In this document: positions 1 to 12,699 of the stretch, in pieces
How the letters are laid out: each line of letters opens with the position of its first letter
Numbering within the stretch: the stretch's first letter is position 1
From: Lama guanicoe
Taxonomy: Eukaryota
NCBI GenBank assembly: GCA_013239625.1
Contig: MU054001.1
Coordinates: 620,001 to 684,000 of the forward strand
Length of the DNA stretch: 64,000 bases
Direction of reading: 5' to 3'
Notes under the pieces: model-generated
Seen by the model: the letters and a program-made list of their open reading frames with translations, nothing else
Told to the model about the DNA's origin: nothing
Databases searched by the model: none
Position numbers and translations under genes: made by a program

Positions 1-2430
1 GTAGTAGTTTCAGGGGGTAGACTGCGTAGAATGTTTTATATATACAATCATGTCAACTGTAAAAAAGACTGTTTTGCTTCTTTCTTTTTAATTTATACAC
101 CTCTTTTTTTCTTACATTATTGAACTAGGGCTTCCAGTATATTGTTGAATAGATGCGGAGAGAGTGGAGGTCTTGTTCCCGAACGAAGCAGCATTCAATA
201 TTTCACCATTAAGTATGACATTCACTGTTGTTTTTTCATAGATGCCCATTATTAGGGTGGTGAATTTCCTTTCTTTTCCTAGTGTTTTGAGATTTTCTTC
301 ATGAACGGGTGTGACATTTTGTCAGAAGTGTTTTTTGCATCAATTGAGATGTTATTTTTTTCTCTTTGATTCTGTTAATGTGATGAATTACAACTACTGA
401 TTTCATAATGTAAAACCAACCTTATAATCCTGGCATAGGCTCCACTTATTAATAACATTTAACCTTTTCATATAAGGCTGAATTTGATTTGTTAATACTT
501 TATTGAGGACTTTGTACATTTATTCATGTAGGATATTGGTCTCTAATTTTCTTTTCTTGTAATGTCTTTGTCAGGTTTTGGTACCAGGGTTATGCTGGCC
601 TCATTAAACTACTTGAAAAGCATTTCCTTCTATTTTCTCAAAGAGTCTGTTACACAAACACAAGTTTGGTATTAGTTTTGTCTTTGAACCTTTGATAGAA
701 TTTGTGAGTAAAGCCATCTGGGCCTAGGGTTTTCTTTGTTGAAAGGTTTTAAATTGTGAATTCAATTTTGAAAATGGATATAAAGCTCTTTGAATTTTTC
801 TATTTCTTCTTGTGCTGATTTTGGTAAAATGTACTTTTTGAGAAATTTGTCCACTTGCTCTAGGTTGTTGAATTTATAGGCATAAAATCATGAATGTTTT
901 TGTCTTCTTGGAGAATTGAATCCCTTTTCATTCTGTAATAAGCCTTTCTATCACTGGTAATATTTCTTGTCTGAAGTCTAGTTTGATATTAATAAAGCTA
1001 CTTCAGCTTTCTTTTGAATGAGTGCATGGAATATCTTTTTTTATACTTTTACTTTTAATCTATTTATGTCTTTATATTTAAAGCGGTATTCTTGTAGGCA
1101 GCATATAGTTTGGTCTTGCTTTTTATCTAGTCTAACAATCTGTCCTTGAATTAGTGTGGCTTAATGCGATTATTGATATGGTTGAATTAAAATCTACCAT
1201 CTCACCAGCTGTTTCCTATTTGTTCCATTTGTTCTTTGTTTCTTTTTTCCTTTCTTTTTGCCTCCTTGATTAATTGAGCATTTTTTTTATGATTCAATGT
1301 TATTTCCACTATTGAATTACCATGTATACCTCTTCTGAAAAAAAATTAGCAGTTACTTTAGGGTTTACCATGTACATCTTATTTAATCAACATCTACTTT
1401 CAAATAATATCCTGTTTCATGTCTAGTGTACAGACAACAATATATCCCCATTTCTCCTTCTCATTCTTGTTCTATTATTGCTACATATTTACTCTTACAT
1501 ATGCTATAAATTCACAATACTCCTATTTCTGCTTTAGGTAATTATCTTTCAGAGCAATTAAAATATTAATAAATAAATTTTGAACTTTGTGTACCTTTAG
1601 TTATTCCATTTCTGGTGCTCTTAATTTCTTTGTGTAGAGTCAAGGTTCCGCCGGCTACTGTATTCCTTCTGCCTGAAGAACTTTCTTTAACATTACTTGC
1701 AGTGTGGGTCTACTGGCATTGAATTCACTCAGATTTGTTTTCTGGTTTTGGTTCAGGAAAGTATCTCTTTTTTCTTTTTGAAAGACCTTTTTTCTGGGTA
1801 TAGGATTCTGACTTGACAGGTTTCTGTTGTTCAGCTACAGAGACCCCATTCCTTATCTTCTGTCTTGAGTGGTTTCTGCAGCTCTTATCTTCAATTTTTA
1901 TTCCTCTATATGGTCTATGTCTTTTTTCACTGGCTGCCTTCATAATTTTCTTTGTCTCTGGTTTTCAGCAGCTTGTATAGGATGTGCCTATGATGTGGCA
2001 GTGCTTTTGGGGGGAGCATTTATTCTGCTTGGTGTTCTTTGACTGTCCTGAAACTATTGTTTGGTATCTGTCATTCACTTTAGAAAATTCTTGTGTACTG
2101 TTTCTCTTTATTTTCTCCCCCTGAGATGCCAGTTACACATAGGTTAGATCTCTGGGTATCGTCCCATGTCTCTTGGATGCTCCGTTGTGTTTTTCACCAC
2201 CTCTCTAATCCCTCCCCACCATTCTGCAATCTGTGCCAGAACTGTTATAAATCCAGTTTCCATCTATGTGAGGATCTGACTGAAAAGTCTTTGTTGCCGT
2301 TGTGTCCTCTCTTATTCTCCAAATCCTTGTGAGTTTATTCCTTGGAAAGATTGTTTCCTGCCATTTTAATGGTCTTGGTCGGGAGTGAAAGGAGCTGCTT
2401 GTATGTGATCTGCCTTCTTTACCTGGGAGT
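1..2430 (-). mobile_element. Old LINE-1 (L1M-type) fragment, ORF2 and ORF1 regions, running off the window start
   Basis: T-rich + strand with typical antisense L1 motifs (cttccagtatattgttgaataga, gcattcaatatttcaccattaagtatga, gggttatgctggcctcatt, aagccatctgggcctagggttttctttgttg, tcttgtaggcagcatatagtttggtcttgc). Apparent internal deletion near 890. Confidence 0.85.
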
Positions 2431-2569
2431 CATGCTTGAATTTCATTGTTTAAATGAAGCTTGCTGGTGGCAAGGACTAAATTTCCTATTATGTTTGAAA
2501 TAATTCAATCTATTATATCTTATTTTCTCATTTTAAAGGACTTTTTCATTCTCAAAAGTAAGAGAAAAT

Positions 2570-2800
2570 AATCATGAATGGTTAACATTTATTATATACA
2601 TATCATGTGTTAGTATTGTAAATGCTCCTATTGTATTAACTAATTTAATTTTCACAACAGCTTTGAAATATAGACACTCTTATTTTTTTCATTTTTACAG
2701 ATGAAGATAAACCAGTGCACAGAAGATTAAGTAATTTTTCCAAAGATGCAGAAATAGAAAATGACAGAACTTGGCTTCTTTACCACGATATTCTAATTGC
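2570..2800 (-). mobile_element. MIR SINE
   Basis: Antisense MIR core ttttacagatgaagataaac...agattaagtaatttttccaaag, preceded by the tail gttaacatttatt. Confidence 0.75.
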
Positions 2801-3967
2801 CTTCTTCAACAAATGGGAAGATAGTGACTTTTAGGTAATACCTTTGCTTTTGGTCTCTGAAATCCTTCATGTACTACTGTTACCTCTCCAAGAATCTTAA
2901 TATACTAATCAGCAAGTACACATTCAGTGCCTGTTATGTGCCTAGAATTGTTTTGTTCACTGTAGCAGTGTAAAGAAATATGGCAGGGCTATTTCCTTCA
3001 AGGAGTTTGCATCTCTCCAAGAGAAGGCCCCCACAAATCTGAAAATAAGCTTAATGGTACAGAGTGGTAGCATCATTCAGACAAATGAAAGCTTGATTTG
3101 ATCTGGATGCTCAGAAACCACGAAAAACTCACTAAAAACAATGATAGTTATTGAAGAGTTTACTTCACTTCTGGCTTAGCTATTCTGCCTTTCCATTCTC
3201 CCTGTATACCTCTTTTTTTGCAGCCTAATTTTAGCTATTGTACCATTTATAAATATGTCTTCCACAGAGCAAATTGAGAGGATTGTTTATAAGCTCAAAA
3301 GATCTTTGTAGAAGTTTAAAGTGTGAAGTATAGTTAGATAGATGGATGCATATATATACACCTTTTATCCCAACTACCTTCTTTCCCCGTCAGGATGGAT
3401 AACTGAGAATTAACACGTGTTAACATTAGATGTTCCCTAGTGTTTCTGGAATGGCTGTGAGTAAACAAAGGGTTTACAGATGCAGTATTACCTTTAGATT
3501 GACTAGCACGGTGACTGACTCCTACTAGAGCCCTAACATATTTACTGTTTCATGGATTGAATGAATGAAATTAAAGAAATCCTATCCTAAGGTGAATCTT
3601 TTTGTAGATGATAAAGAAAATCCCCATGAGTTTGGATTTTAATTTGAAGAGATTTTCCTAACGCACTGCACACCCACAAATCTTAGGGAGAAGGTTGTGG
3701 TTCCTCCATCCTCACCTGGAAGCGCTACAGGATTAAGGGATAGGGTTCACTCATAGCTTGTGACCAGTCCCTCCCCAGTGCTGTGCCTGGCAGACAGTAG
3801 GTGTTTGCAGGATGGAAATAGCTGTTGGATGGAAAAATGAATTCTTTGACAGTATTGAGTTTGATGCTGAAGGACGTCTGAATGCTCTATAACCATCCAT
3901 CCCAAGGGTAGATTCTAGACAAAACTAACAGAAACAATAGAACAATGTTTCAGGAAAGACTTGACAA

Positions 3968-4205
3968 TGTAGTAGTCAGACCATGTACTTTGAAACCAAG
4001 CAGACCGAGAGTCTAGTCCCATCTCTGCCAGTTACTAGCCAGCCGTGTGACCTCAGGAAAGCTGTTTAACCTCTCCAAGTCTCAATTTCCCAGTCTTTCA
4101 ATTTGGAGCAGTAACAGTATGTCATACGTCAGTTGTGAGGTAGTCCACACCATGACCAACTACCGTAGGTGCTCAACAAATGGTAACTAAATAGCTATTA
4201 TTATA
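3968..4205 (+). mobile_element. MIR SINE
   Basis: ctctgccagttactagc...tgtgacctcaggaaagctgtttaacctctccaagtctcaatttcc...gtaggtgctcaacaaatggtaact matches the MIR core and tail. Confidence 0.8.
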
Positions 4206-4639
4206 CAGAGATCTCAAGAGTTGAGGCTGTGGCCCTTTGGATCTATAAAGAATCTTGACAAAAGTGGGCGAATCTGAAACAGAGGTGTCTGTGTGCTTCC
4301 CGTGTTTCTCTTTTCTTGCTTTAGGCATTTTAAGTGCGAGTTGTTTGGCTGTATGAGCACGTGGAAAGAGATGGCGTGGGGCAGGGGCTAGGAATGCTAC
4401 CTTTAGAGAGATGCCCTCTACCAAGGATTTATGCTGACAGGGCACCGTAGGCCCACCCATCAGCTGAGGATGAAAACAGCCAGAGACAATGGGATATGAC
4501 ACAGTAATGAGTTCTCATTTGTCAGGTGTCAGCTTGCTGATGTGGTCTGAGGATGTGGCGTTCAATGATTCCCAGCAATCGGGGACAATGACACCTTACA
4601 TGGCGCCTCCTCTGGCAGGTGTCATGGCACCTCCACACA

Positions 4640-4810
4640 CTCTGTTTTCACTTCTACCACAAGGCTAGGAGGAACCTGGAATAAATATTACCATTCCCAT
4701 TTTATAGATGAGTAAATACATTCTGAGAAGGGAAATGGCCATGCCCAAGGTCACTCAGCTGCTCAGTAACTGACCTTAGACTTGAACCCAAGTCCTCACT
4801 CTGGGGTCAT
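4640..4810 (-). mobile_element. MIR SINE
   Basis: cccattttatagatgag...gcccaaggtcactcagctg...gacttgaacccaagtc. Confidence 0.75.
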
Positions 4811-5929
4811 TATTTTTTTCCCATGAAACTAAACAGCCTGTTTGTTCTACAGAATCCATCTAGCACTTGGATTATTAAGTGTGCTTGCACCCAAGCTAGA
4901 CCCTTAAGAATTTGTGTTTATGAGATGATAGTGCCATCAGTAGCAGCAGCTAAAAGAGGCAGCCTGTTTTTTTAAACCTTATGTGTCTTTTTGGTCCAAC
5001 AGGGAACAAAGGTTTTCATCCTGATACACCAGGTCTTTAATGATGTCAGTGAGGAAACAGCCATCTCCTCCTGTCAAAAGACGCTGAGTCTTCAAGGACC
5101 GCTGGTTGTCCAGAGGAGGCTGTGGTTATTCTGGGGAAGCACAAGGCTGGAGTCATTTTGATCAGTTACTCTGTGGAGAGTCCAAAACCGTGAAGCAGAA
5201 TGAATCTCAGGACAGACAGCACTGGAACTCTAGAAGTGTAACTTCACCAGCAGAGGAGGTGGTGATGGATGATTTCTGATTATGGAGTCCTTTTCATCTC
5301 TCAATTTATATTCTGAGCTGTTACCTAGAATAAATCCTATCGTTCCTAATTAATGCACTCATTGTCTTTGTTTTGAGCAGAAAAGGGAAAAAATGTTTAT
5401 ACCCCTGCTAGCAGCATACAAAATATGCCTGAAGTAGAGTATCTTTCCCCATCATGAATAACATTAATCTTTACAACTCTCCAAAGCAACTAATTATTGT
5501 ATAATTGGCTTCCTGATTGTATGAAAGGGTGATAGCCTTTGTGGGTTTCCAGGTGACAGTTTGTTGCAGGAAGAATTCTCTCCAGAAGCCATTCTTAATT
5601 CTTTAAGATTATTGTCAAATGCCTGAATGAGGGATGAAAAGCCAAACTGGCGAGGCTAAATGCACAGACAAGCTGGTAACAGGCTGATCTTGTCCTTTCT
5701 GGATTCTTAACTGTCAGAGAGGATTGATGGATAAAGGGACAGAGGGCTCGTGGTCCATTCCAAGTCTTCCACCGGGAGGGGAGCAGCCATGCCACAGTTT
5801 TCTTCCATCCTGAGTATCCTTGTGTATTTCCAAGTTTACGATTACGAGATCCCTGCACGCACCCACGCCCTCTGATGAGACGATGATGGTAACAGTGAAC
5901 ATGGGATGTCACAGCCATTGAGCCATATT

Positions 5930-6125
5930 CTCTGAATAACCTCATTTTGTTCCAACAATGACAATTTGAAACAAAAAGAATCATCACATTTTGCACATTT
6001 CGATACAAGGGCTTAGACAGACTGCATACTTTGTTTGAGGTCACACAATTATTAAACAGCAAAGTAGGAATTTGGACCCAGTTCTGTCTGCTCCCAATCC
6101 AGGGCTTTCAACTGTCACCCACATT
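5930..6125 (-). mobile_element. MIR SINE
   Basis: gaggtcacacaattattaaacagcaaagtaggaatttggacccagttctgtctgctccc. Confidence 0.65.
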
Positions 6126-6759
6126 GTCTCTACTGAGGTAATGGCTTCCTTGTGGTAACTGTCAGAGGCTGGAAAACAGCCTGAGAGCACTTTTACATAT
6201 GAAATGATAATTCTTTGCCTACTGAGATGCTTATTTAAAAAAAACCCAGAGGAAGATTACATTAATATATTTATTTAACATTTATGTACAATATTTACAT
6301 TTACAAAATCCTTTATAGTGTAGCAGAATGGGCGGACATTTTTATTGGGGCATATAATTGTCTTTTCTTTCATATTCATTTATTCCTTTGATTTCTATCA
6401 AATGTTCTCTAGTTGGTCTTCTGAGATCATGTACAATGGTAGCAAATTTAAAATAATATTAATAAAAGATTATTTTGTATCACTCATAGGGAAAACCGAG
6501 CAGGGCCACGCCATTCTCTGTTCTTGATAAACGTTATGCAAAAGTGCGTAATATGGTCCCCAGCATCCTTGTCTGTAACACCAGCTGTGCTTGTTCGTGG
6601 TCTTTTGAAACTGTCTTTGGCTCCTACTCCTCATTTATTTTGGGTGTTCATTTTCTGCCCTTCAGCTGATTAGGGTCTCCACATTTTGGATAAAAAACTT
6701 CTGAACAGGCTTCACTGTGGCCTTTCTTCATTGACCACCAAGCCAGAATCCTCTGCAGA

Positions 6760-6955
6760 GATTTCTTGCTGATGATTCCGACTGCCTGGAAATCTTTTCC
6801 CCTCGATAGTCCCAGAAATGCCACCTTCTCTTCACTCAGGCTTGAAATCAAATAGCACTGCCTCCAAGAGGCCTGCCTTGATGCCTGATCCCAAAGAAGT
6901 CCTCAGTGGTGGTCAATCCTAGCATCCTCTTTTCTCTTCTCTTTAGCACATAAGA
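6760..6955 (+). mobile_element. L2 LINE fragment
   Basis: actgcctggaaatcttttcccc...tcactcaggctt...caaatagcactgcctccaagaggcctgccttgat resembles the L2 3' region. Confidence 0.55.
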
Positions 6956-7464
6956 TTCTGTATTAAGAATTGGAATTCCAGGCTTTGGTGAGAATAGATA
7001 AAAATATATATATTGATAAGCTAATATTCTGTCATTTTTAAGTTGCTATGATCTGCTTTAAATTTATCTTTTAAGGAATCTCTTTAATGCAAAGTACTCT
7101 GAAGGCTTTCAATACACTGCTTGTCTTTTTAAGGACTCAGATCATTACTCTGGAGGGCATGCAGTATATGGCTGGGACAAATAACTGTATTTGGTTACCT
7201 TACAGGTTCTAAATCTAAATAACTTGCATGTGTAATCAGCAGATTAAAAAGTGACTCTTAAAAAAAAAAGTTTTTTTCATCCTTGTATACCTGTGTGTGA
7301 ATGTTAATTTTTTTCTTTAAGAATTGCAGATAGGATGCCTAACTGAACTATGGGTTAGAAAGATGAGTCTGGAGGTCTGCCCTGGGAGGGAGGGCTGGGG
7401 GACAGGCATATTAGGTAAGTGGCTCTCCACTCCAGCTGTACAGTATTAATAATGATGTATCCTA

Positions 7465-7639
7465 TTAACAATAAGGACCTGTTGTATAGCACCAGGAACT
7501 ATATTCCATATCTTGTAATAACTTATAATGGTAAAAAGATCTGAAAAAGAATATATATGTGTAACTGAATCACTTTGCTGTAAATAAACTGGAAACTAAT
7601 ACAACATTGTAAATCAACTCTACTTCAATAAAAATAAAA
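7465..7639 (+). mobile_element. 5'-truncated L1 3' end (L1_Art-like) with degenerate TSD
   Basis: aacaataaggacctgttgtatagcaccaggaactatattccatatcttgtaataac...actgaatcactttgctgt...acattgtaaatcaactctacttcaataaaa. TSD taatgatgtatccta (7450-7464) / taatgacatatccta (7644-7658). Confidence 0.85.
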
Positions 7640-7659
7640 CCAGTAATGACATATCCTAC

Positions 7660-7770
7660 CAGCCAGGACCAATCAAATCAGAGTTGCTGGGGGGTTGAGC
7701 CCAGGCACTAGTGTTTTTCAAAGTGTGCCAGGTGATCTGATTTGCAAGCAGGGATGAGAACCATTGGATC
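7660..7770. mobile_element. MER5-like hAT-Charlie MITE fragment
   Basis: aatcagagttgctggggggttgagcccaggcactagtgtttttcaaagtgtgccaggtgatctgat...gggatgagaaccattg. Confidence 0.7.
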
Positions 7771-8789
7771 AGTGGGCTGCTACTGTCTAATCTTGAGAGA
7801 AGGGAGTGACTAGGGTAGCAGCCACCAGCCCTGCCTACCCCACGCTGACCGAACCTGGAAAGAACCCAGGATCCCCCTCTCTACCTGTTGGTTTCTGAAA
7901 CTTGTCTTGCGATCTTCAGCAGAGTCCAATGAGCCTAGCTGTGTCACTCCAGCACCCTCTCCTGGGTCCTGGTCTCCTGTTTCTGTATCCTGGCTAGTCC
8001 CCAGCTGCCCTCTTGGACCCTCAGCCCAAACCTCTCGTGGCTCCTTTGGGCCTGGCTACCCTTTGCTTAGCTCCTGCTGACCTCGCATTCCTGGACCTAG
8101 GGCCTTACTCCCCAGCTGGGGTCCTGCTTCAAACAGACTGAACCAGCCCAAATCACAGTGGAGGCTCCCTCCTGACTCATCACAGCCAAACTCAGTTGCT
8201 GCCAAATCCCCCGACGGGACAATCTCCTTGAACACGGCTCTTCACAAGGCCTTTGAATTCCTAGAGAAATAAACTCCACGTCCTTAGCAGGAGGCCATGC
8301 AAGGCCATGTGCAGGGGGCCTGTACACAGGGAGGGGTGAAAAATGGGGGCCATTAATGCAGTCAGCCAACCACAGATGGGAAGCAAATAAGGGAGATATT
8401 GATTGAGCGTTTCTGGGAAAGAAGCAAAAATTGTGTGAGCATCAGCTATACCAGGAGTTTAATTCGATATGAGGTGAAAATAAGGTGACCAAGTGACAGT
8501 TGTGATCATGTTGTTATGAAGCATCCAAAAGTTTGGCAACTTGGATGTGGACTGAGAAAGGCGTACGAGTTATTTAGACAAGTTAATAATGGAAACTTCA
8601 GAGAGCCCCTCACAAGTAGGAACCAGGTAAGAATGGGCTTGGATGAGATCCTGGCAAAGACCTGGGGGCCCCCCATGCAAAGCTGCCTCCCAAGAAAGGA
8701 ACAGGGGAGTCAGAGCCCTACAGTGACCGCAGCAGGGTTCTCCGGAGTCTCTGTGGACTTGGTCGTATCAGGTGCACGCCCTTCACCCC

Positions 8790-9164
8790 TTTTCTTCTGG
8801 AACAAGGGCCTCACTCTCTGAATCTCCTCTCTTGCAGGCACCTGAGTGGGTTGCACCTCCCTGCCCCTTTGAAATGTGAGAGGAAGTGTCATATATCACT
8901 TCCCTCTGGAAGCCATGAAGAGCCACCACTACATATTTTTTTTATCATTGTGTTGTTCTCCTCTGACAATGAAATGTCAATCCTGTGTTAAAATGGTGGC
9001 ATCAAAAGATGGTGGGGTCTTCGGTCCCTGAGTGACTAAATTAAGCAATGCTGACCCACTGCGGACAGATTATATGAAAGAGACATAAACCTTTATTGTG
9101 TTAAGCCACAGAGCAGCGGGGCTTGTTTTTACTGCAGCAGTGCCTAGCCTATCCCGACCACTGC
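8790..9164 (+). mobile_element. MLT1 (ERVL-MaLR) solo LTR
   Basis: Typical MLT1 3' end: ggtccctgagtgact...ataaacctttattgtgttaagccac...gggcttgtttttactgcagcagtgcctagcctatcccgac. Confidence 0.75.
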
Positions 9165-9339
9165 AGGGACCTTCCCCATGAACGTGCCCCTGTTAACTCT
9201 GTAGAACTGTAACTTCCCTCTAGCCTGGTAAGGTAGAAGGAAGCAGTTTTTCATCACTGAGAGAGGGGACAAGATCCTGGCATTAACCTTCTGTGCTCAT
9301 CTACGGCAGGCAGATTCAAGGGATGGAGGATGGAAGGGA

Positions 9340-9555
9340 ACTAGTATTTGTTGATGTCTTTCTCTAAACTAGGCACTGTACTAGATGCTGTGCACGCGGT
9401 CAGCCTCAGAACAGTGTAGTTAGAGGTTTCTGACTTTTATATTATGGATGAGGAAGAAGGGCTGCAAAGAGGTTAAATCACTTGTCTAAAAATTACAGAG
9501 CCAGGACAAGAACCCAAGTCCATCTGACCACAAAACCTATGTTCTTTTCCTGTAG
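9340..9555 (-). mobile_element. MIR SINE
   Basis: ctaggcactgtactagatgct...gatgaggaagaagggctgcaaagaggttaaatcacttgtc...agaacccaagtccatctgac. Confidence 0.75.
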
Positions 9556-9864
9556 TATAAATACACAAGTAATGAGATTTTAACCCCTGGAAGCCTGTTA
9601 GTGTTTTTCTCCAGACCATAATCTCTTTGGAACAATCTTCAGTGAGATCAATCTACTATTCCAAGCTATTATTCTTAGAATTATTTTCTTCTTTCATTTC
9701 ACTAAGATTTGTTTTTACTGATCTTTGACACCTGAGGTGCTACAAATCTGTGTTTGTTTAAACTCCAACCAAACGCACTCGTGTTTGTTTTAAGTCAGGA
9801 TGGCATCACAAGCGTATCTGGAAATTCCTCCACTGTGGCTGCAGGTTTCAAAAAATGTGAGGTT

Positions 9865-9960
9865 GGGGGTGGGTGGGTATAGCTCGGCGGCAGAGTGCAC
9901 TCTTAGCACGCAGGAGGTCCTGTGTTCGATCCCCAGTACCTCACTTAAAAAAAAAAAAAA
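9865..9960 (+). mobile_element. tRNA-derived SINE, camelid Vic-1 type (short form)
   Basis: gggtatagctcggcggcagagtgcactcttagcacgcaggaggtcctgtgttcgatccccagtacctc followed by poly(A). A-box and B-box (GTTCGATCC) are present. TSD aaaaaatgtgaggtt (9850-9864) / aaaaaaggtgaagtt (9956-9970). Confidence 0.9.
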
Positions 9961-11194
9961 AGGTGAAGTTTGCCCTTTCCATCAAGGATCTTGGAGGAGG
10001 CAAATAGAATGAGATGCGGAGGGAGCAGGTTTATTTGTGAAGAGGGGAGAATGAAGGCTGTACTCAATTAACAGAGGACCTTCTGTACATGGAAGCTTTT
10101 CAGCTGCTGTCTTCGTGACCCTTAGAAATATATGATCCATCTCCTTCAGGAGAGCCCCAGTGACTCTTACTGAGCCTCACCAAATACGATAAAACCTTGA
10201 TGCAAATCCATGGCTCACTGTCTGTGTGCACATGGGGTGATTCTCTTGGTTTTCAGAGCGCAGCCCAGCCACCCCATTCAGTGGAGGGCATGCCTCTGCC
10301 TGCATTCTCCCACTCATGACATGACTTCTCAATTGAGGGCCAGGATTTGTCTCAAGTGTAACAATATTAATTATCAAGTCATTTTAACACACGTGTGATG
10401 TATGTGTGCATTTATTTCATAGGAATGGTATAAAGATTAAATACTTAATGAATCCATTTTTCATATCAAGGATATATTTGCCCTGTGCCTAACTTTATCT
10501 CCTCCTTCTGTTTCTCATGAGAAATATAGCTATCTTTATTATGTAATCAGTAATATATCATTCCTTCTAAGCTGGATCTAATTTTAGCAACATGATGAAT
10601 GTCCCAGGAACGTATTCCACTGCCCTCTGCAGAAAGGAATATATATCAGACCTGCTCAGGTGTATGTCACTTCTTTATACTGGGAGCTTTCAAGTTCCCC
10701 AAGTGGCAGCCTGGGTTTTTCTAGCTGAGAGCCCCAAGTTCTGTCTCTGTTACGGCTGCGCAGACAGCATCAGGAAATGGCCACATGTGAACAGTATCCG
10801 GGTTTGCTTGTTGCAGGTACGTGGCTCTCCTGTGCCTGGGTTTATTACACCAGCTAGAAAATGACCAACGGGGGCTTTTCTTCAATTCATTTACGGGCAG
10901 GATCTGTTAGTGTAAGACTATCCTCAACCTCCCACCCACCACCTCCCTTGTTTTCCCCTTGTGCCTTTAAGTAGTGAAATTTCTTGAAAATGCAGAAATC
11001 GTTTCAGCTTGACTGGCTGCATGAGGAATTAGTAACTTCTTGCGCTTTCAAGGAGAAAATGATCATTTTCGTCCATTCTGCTTGGGAGTTTTATAGCTGC
11101 TTCTACCCATTCGTAGCACCTAACATCTTGATAACATTTTAATTTGAAAGCTATCTGGAACTCATTTTTAAATTGATCTGTAGGAGAATCAAAG

Positions 11195-11260
11195 CACTAC
11201 CTTATCTACATTTCAGATGTGAAAACTGAGGCTCAGAGAGAGTAAATGATTTGTTCAACT
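11195..11260 (-). mobile_element. MIR core fragment
   Basis: catttcagatgtgaaaactgaggctcagagagagtaaatgatttgttcaa. Confidence 0.7.
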
Positions 11261-11543
11261 TCAGGGACATGGCCCACTAAGGACTAATTGCAAACTCCGT
11301 GTCACATAGCTGCCAATGCTTAATTTTTAATGACTTCCCATATAAGATAGAAGATAAAAGTTAGAATTGTTTGTTTTTACAACAACTGTATATGTGAAAT
11401 TCTGAAATTCTTTGTGCAACTACTGTATTTGCTGACTCTAAGATGTTCTTTTTTCTCATATTTTTATCTCCAAAACTGGGATACATCAGGCGATCAATGG
11501 AATATCATCATCTAACTGGCAGTGTTTTTTCTTTCTTAGTGGT

Positions 11544-11685
11544 TGCAGCAGATTGGTACTTCAAGTACCCTAAATCTTCACCCCTCTCTGTCTCCATGCC
11601 TTTTGCGATGTCACTTTGCAACTCCTCCTGTCAGCCAAGTCTATTTCCCCAAGTCTGGAAAATGGGCCTTATCTTTATTTGTTCC
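11544..11685 (+). mobile_element. MLT1 LTR 5' fragment
   Basis: tgcagcagattg...cttcacccctctctgtctccatgccttttgcgatgtcactttgcaactcctcctgtcag resembles an MLT1 LTR start. Confidence 0.6.
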
Positions 11686-12605
11686 TGTAGAGGACACTGT
11701 TGGTGCGCACCCATTCCTCTTAGCTTTCACTGCCTCAGCCTGCCTGACTTCCACAGACACCTGCATTCTTTGCTTGAGGCTGTCTTTGGCTGCCAAAGCC
11801 CCTTTGCCTGCTGTGATGGCTTAAAAATATGTTCACAGGGTCTTTGACCCTCCTCCCTCCTCTCCTCTTGAATGTGGGCCAGGTTTCCTGACTTGACTCG
11901 CTTCTCCCAAATGGAATGTGGTGGAAATAGTGTGACTTTCAAGAGGATGTTATAAAACCGTTTTGGCCTCACTCTCTTGGACAACTCACTTCGGGGTAAG
12001 CCTTAGACCTTGTCCTGAGCACATTTTAGGGGTCAAGGGAATGGAGAGCTCCAGCCAAAAGTCAGCACTGACTGGCCAGCCATGTGAGTGGGTTCATCTT
12101 AGAAGATCCTCCAGCCCCAGTCAAGCCTTCAAATAAGTCCTGCTGATTTCTTAACTGCAGCCTCGTGAGGAACCCCAAGCCAGAATCAACCAGCTAAGCT
12201 AATCCAAAATTCCTGACCCTCACAAATAATATGAGATTATAACTATTTATGGTATATTAAACCACTATGTTTTGGAATAACTTGACCCATCTATGGGGCA
12301 AGATGGAAAGGTTGGTGGATTACCTCTCAGAAGCATCTCTCAATCAATAACATGCAGTAGTCTTTAAAAATACCACAGCTTCCTCACCCTCTGTAGATCA
12401 GTGATCCTACAGTTTCCCCAGGGGGAGTAAGTTCCAGTTGCCCAGAATAGTAACTAGATTGATAACACCCTCTATTGACTACTTTCCCACCCCCAAGTTC
12501 TTCATTTCCCTACTGGTGTTTCCTTCACCTCCCATATTCATTATTTGCTCTTAAATCCTTGTCTCAGTATCTCCTTTTTGAGGGGAGGGAGAATGCAAAT
12601 TAGGT
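11686..12605 (+). mobile_element. LTR16-like ERVL LTR, split by an MLT1F-like insertion (pieces ~11686-11811 and ~12285-12605)
   Basis: 5' piece tgtagaggacactgttggtgcgcacccattcc. 3' piece acagtttccccagggggagtaagttccagttgcccaga...tttgctcttaaatccttgtctcag. Confidence 0.65.
11812..12284 (+). mobile_element. MLT1F-like MaLR LTR
   Basis: tgtgatggcttaaaaatatgttcaca...ccagccatgtgagtg...cctccagccccagtcaagccttca...ccagctaagct...aaattcctgaccctcaca...ttaaaccactatgttttgga. Confidence 0.8.
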
Positions 12606-12699
12606 CAATTCCATATAATCAGTTGCTGAATCCTATGCATTTTTTACATGAAATTATGTTTCCATGGCTGCAGTTCAATAGCACCAACCTGAGCTGATG

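Noticed and set aside
3410..3423. Perfect 14-bp palindrome TTAACACGTGTTAA (E-box core)
   Set aside because: About 4 such palindromes are expected by chance in 64 kb (4^-7 per position), and there is no supporting context.
9865..9945. tRNA-like sequence (also at 18808, 37522, 38942)
   Set aside because: Poly(A) tails, TSDs and degenerate stems mark these as tRNA-derived SINEs, not tRNA genes.
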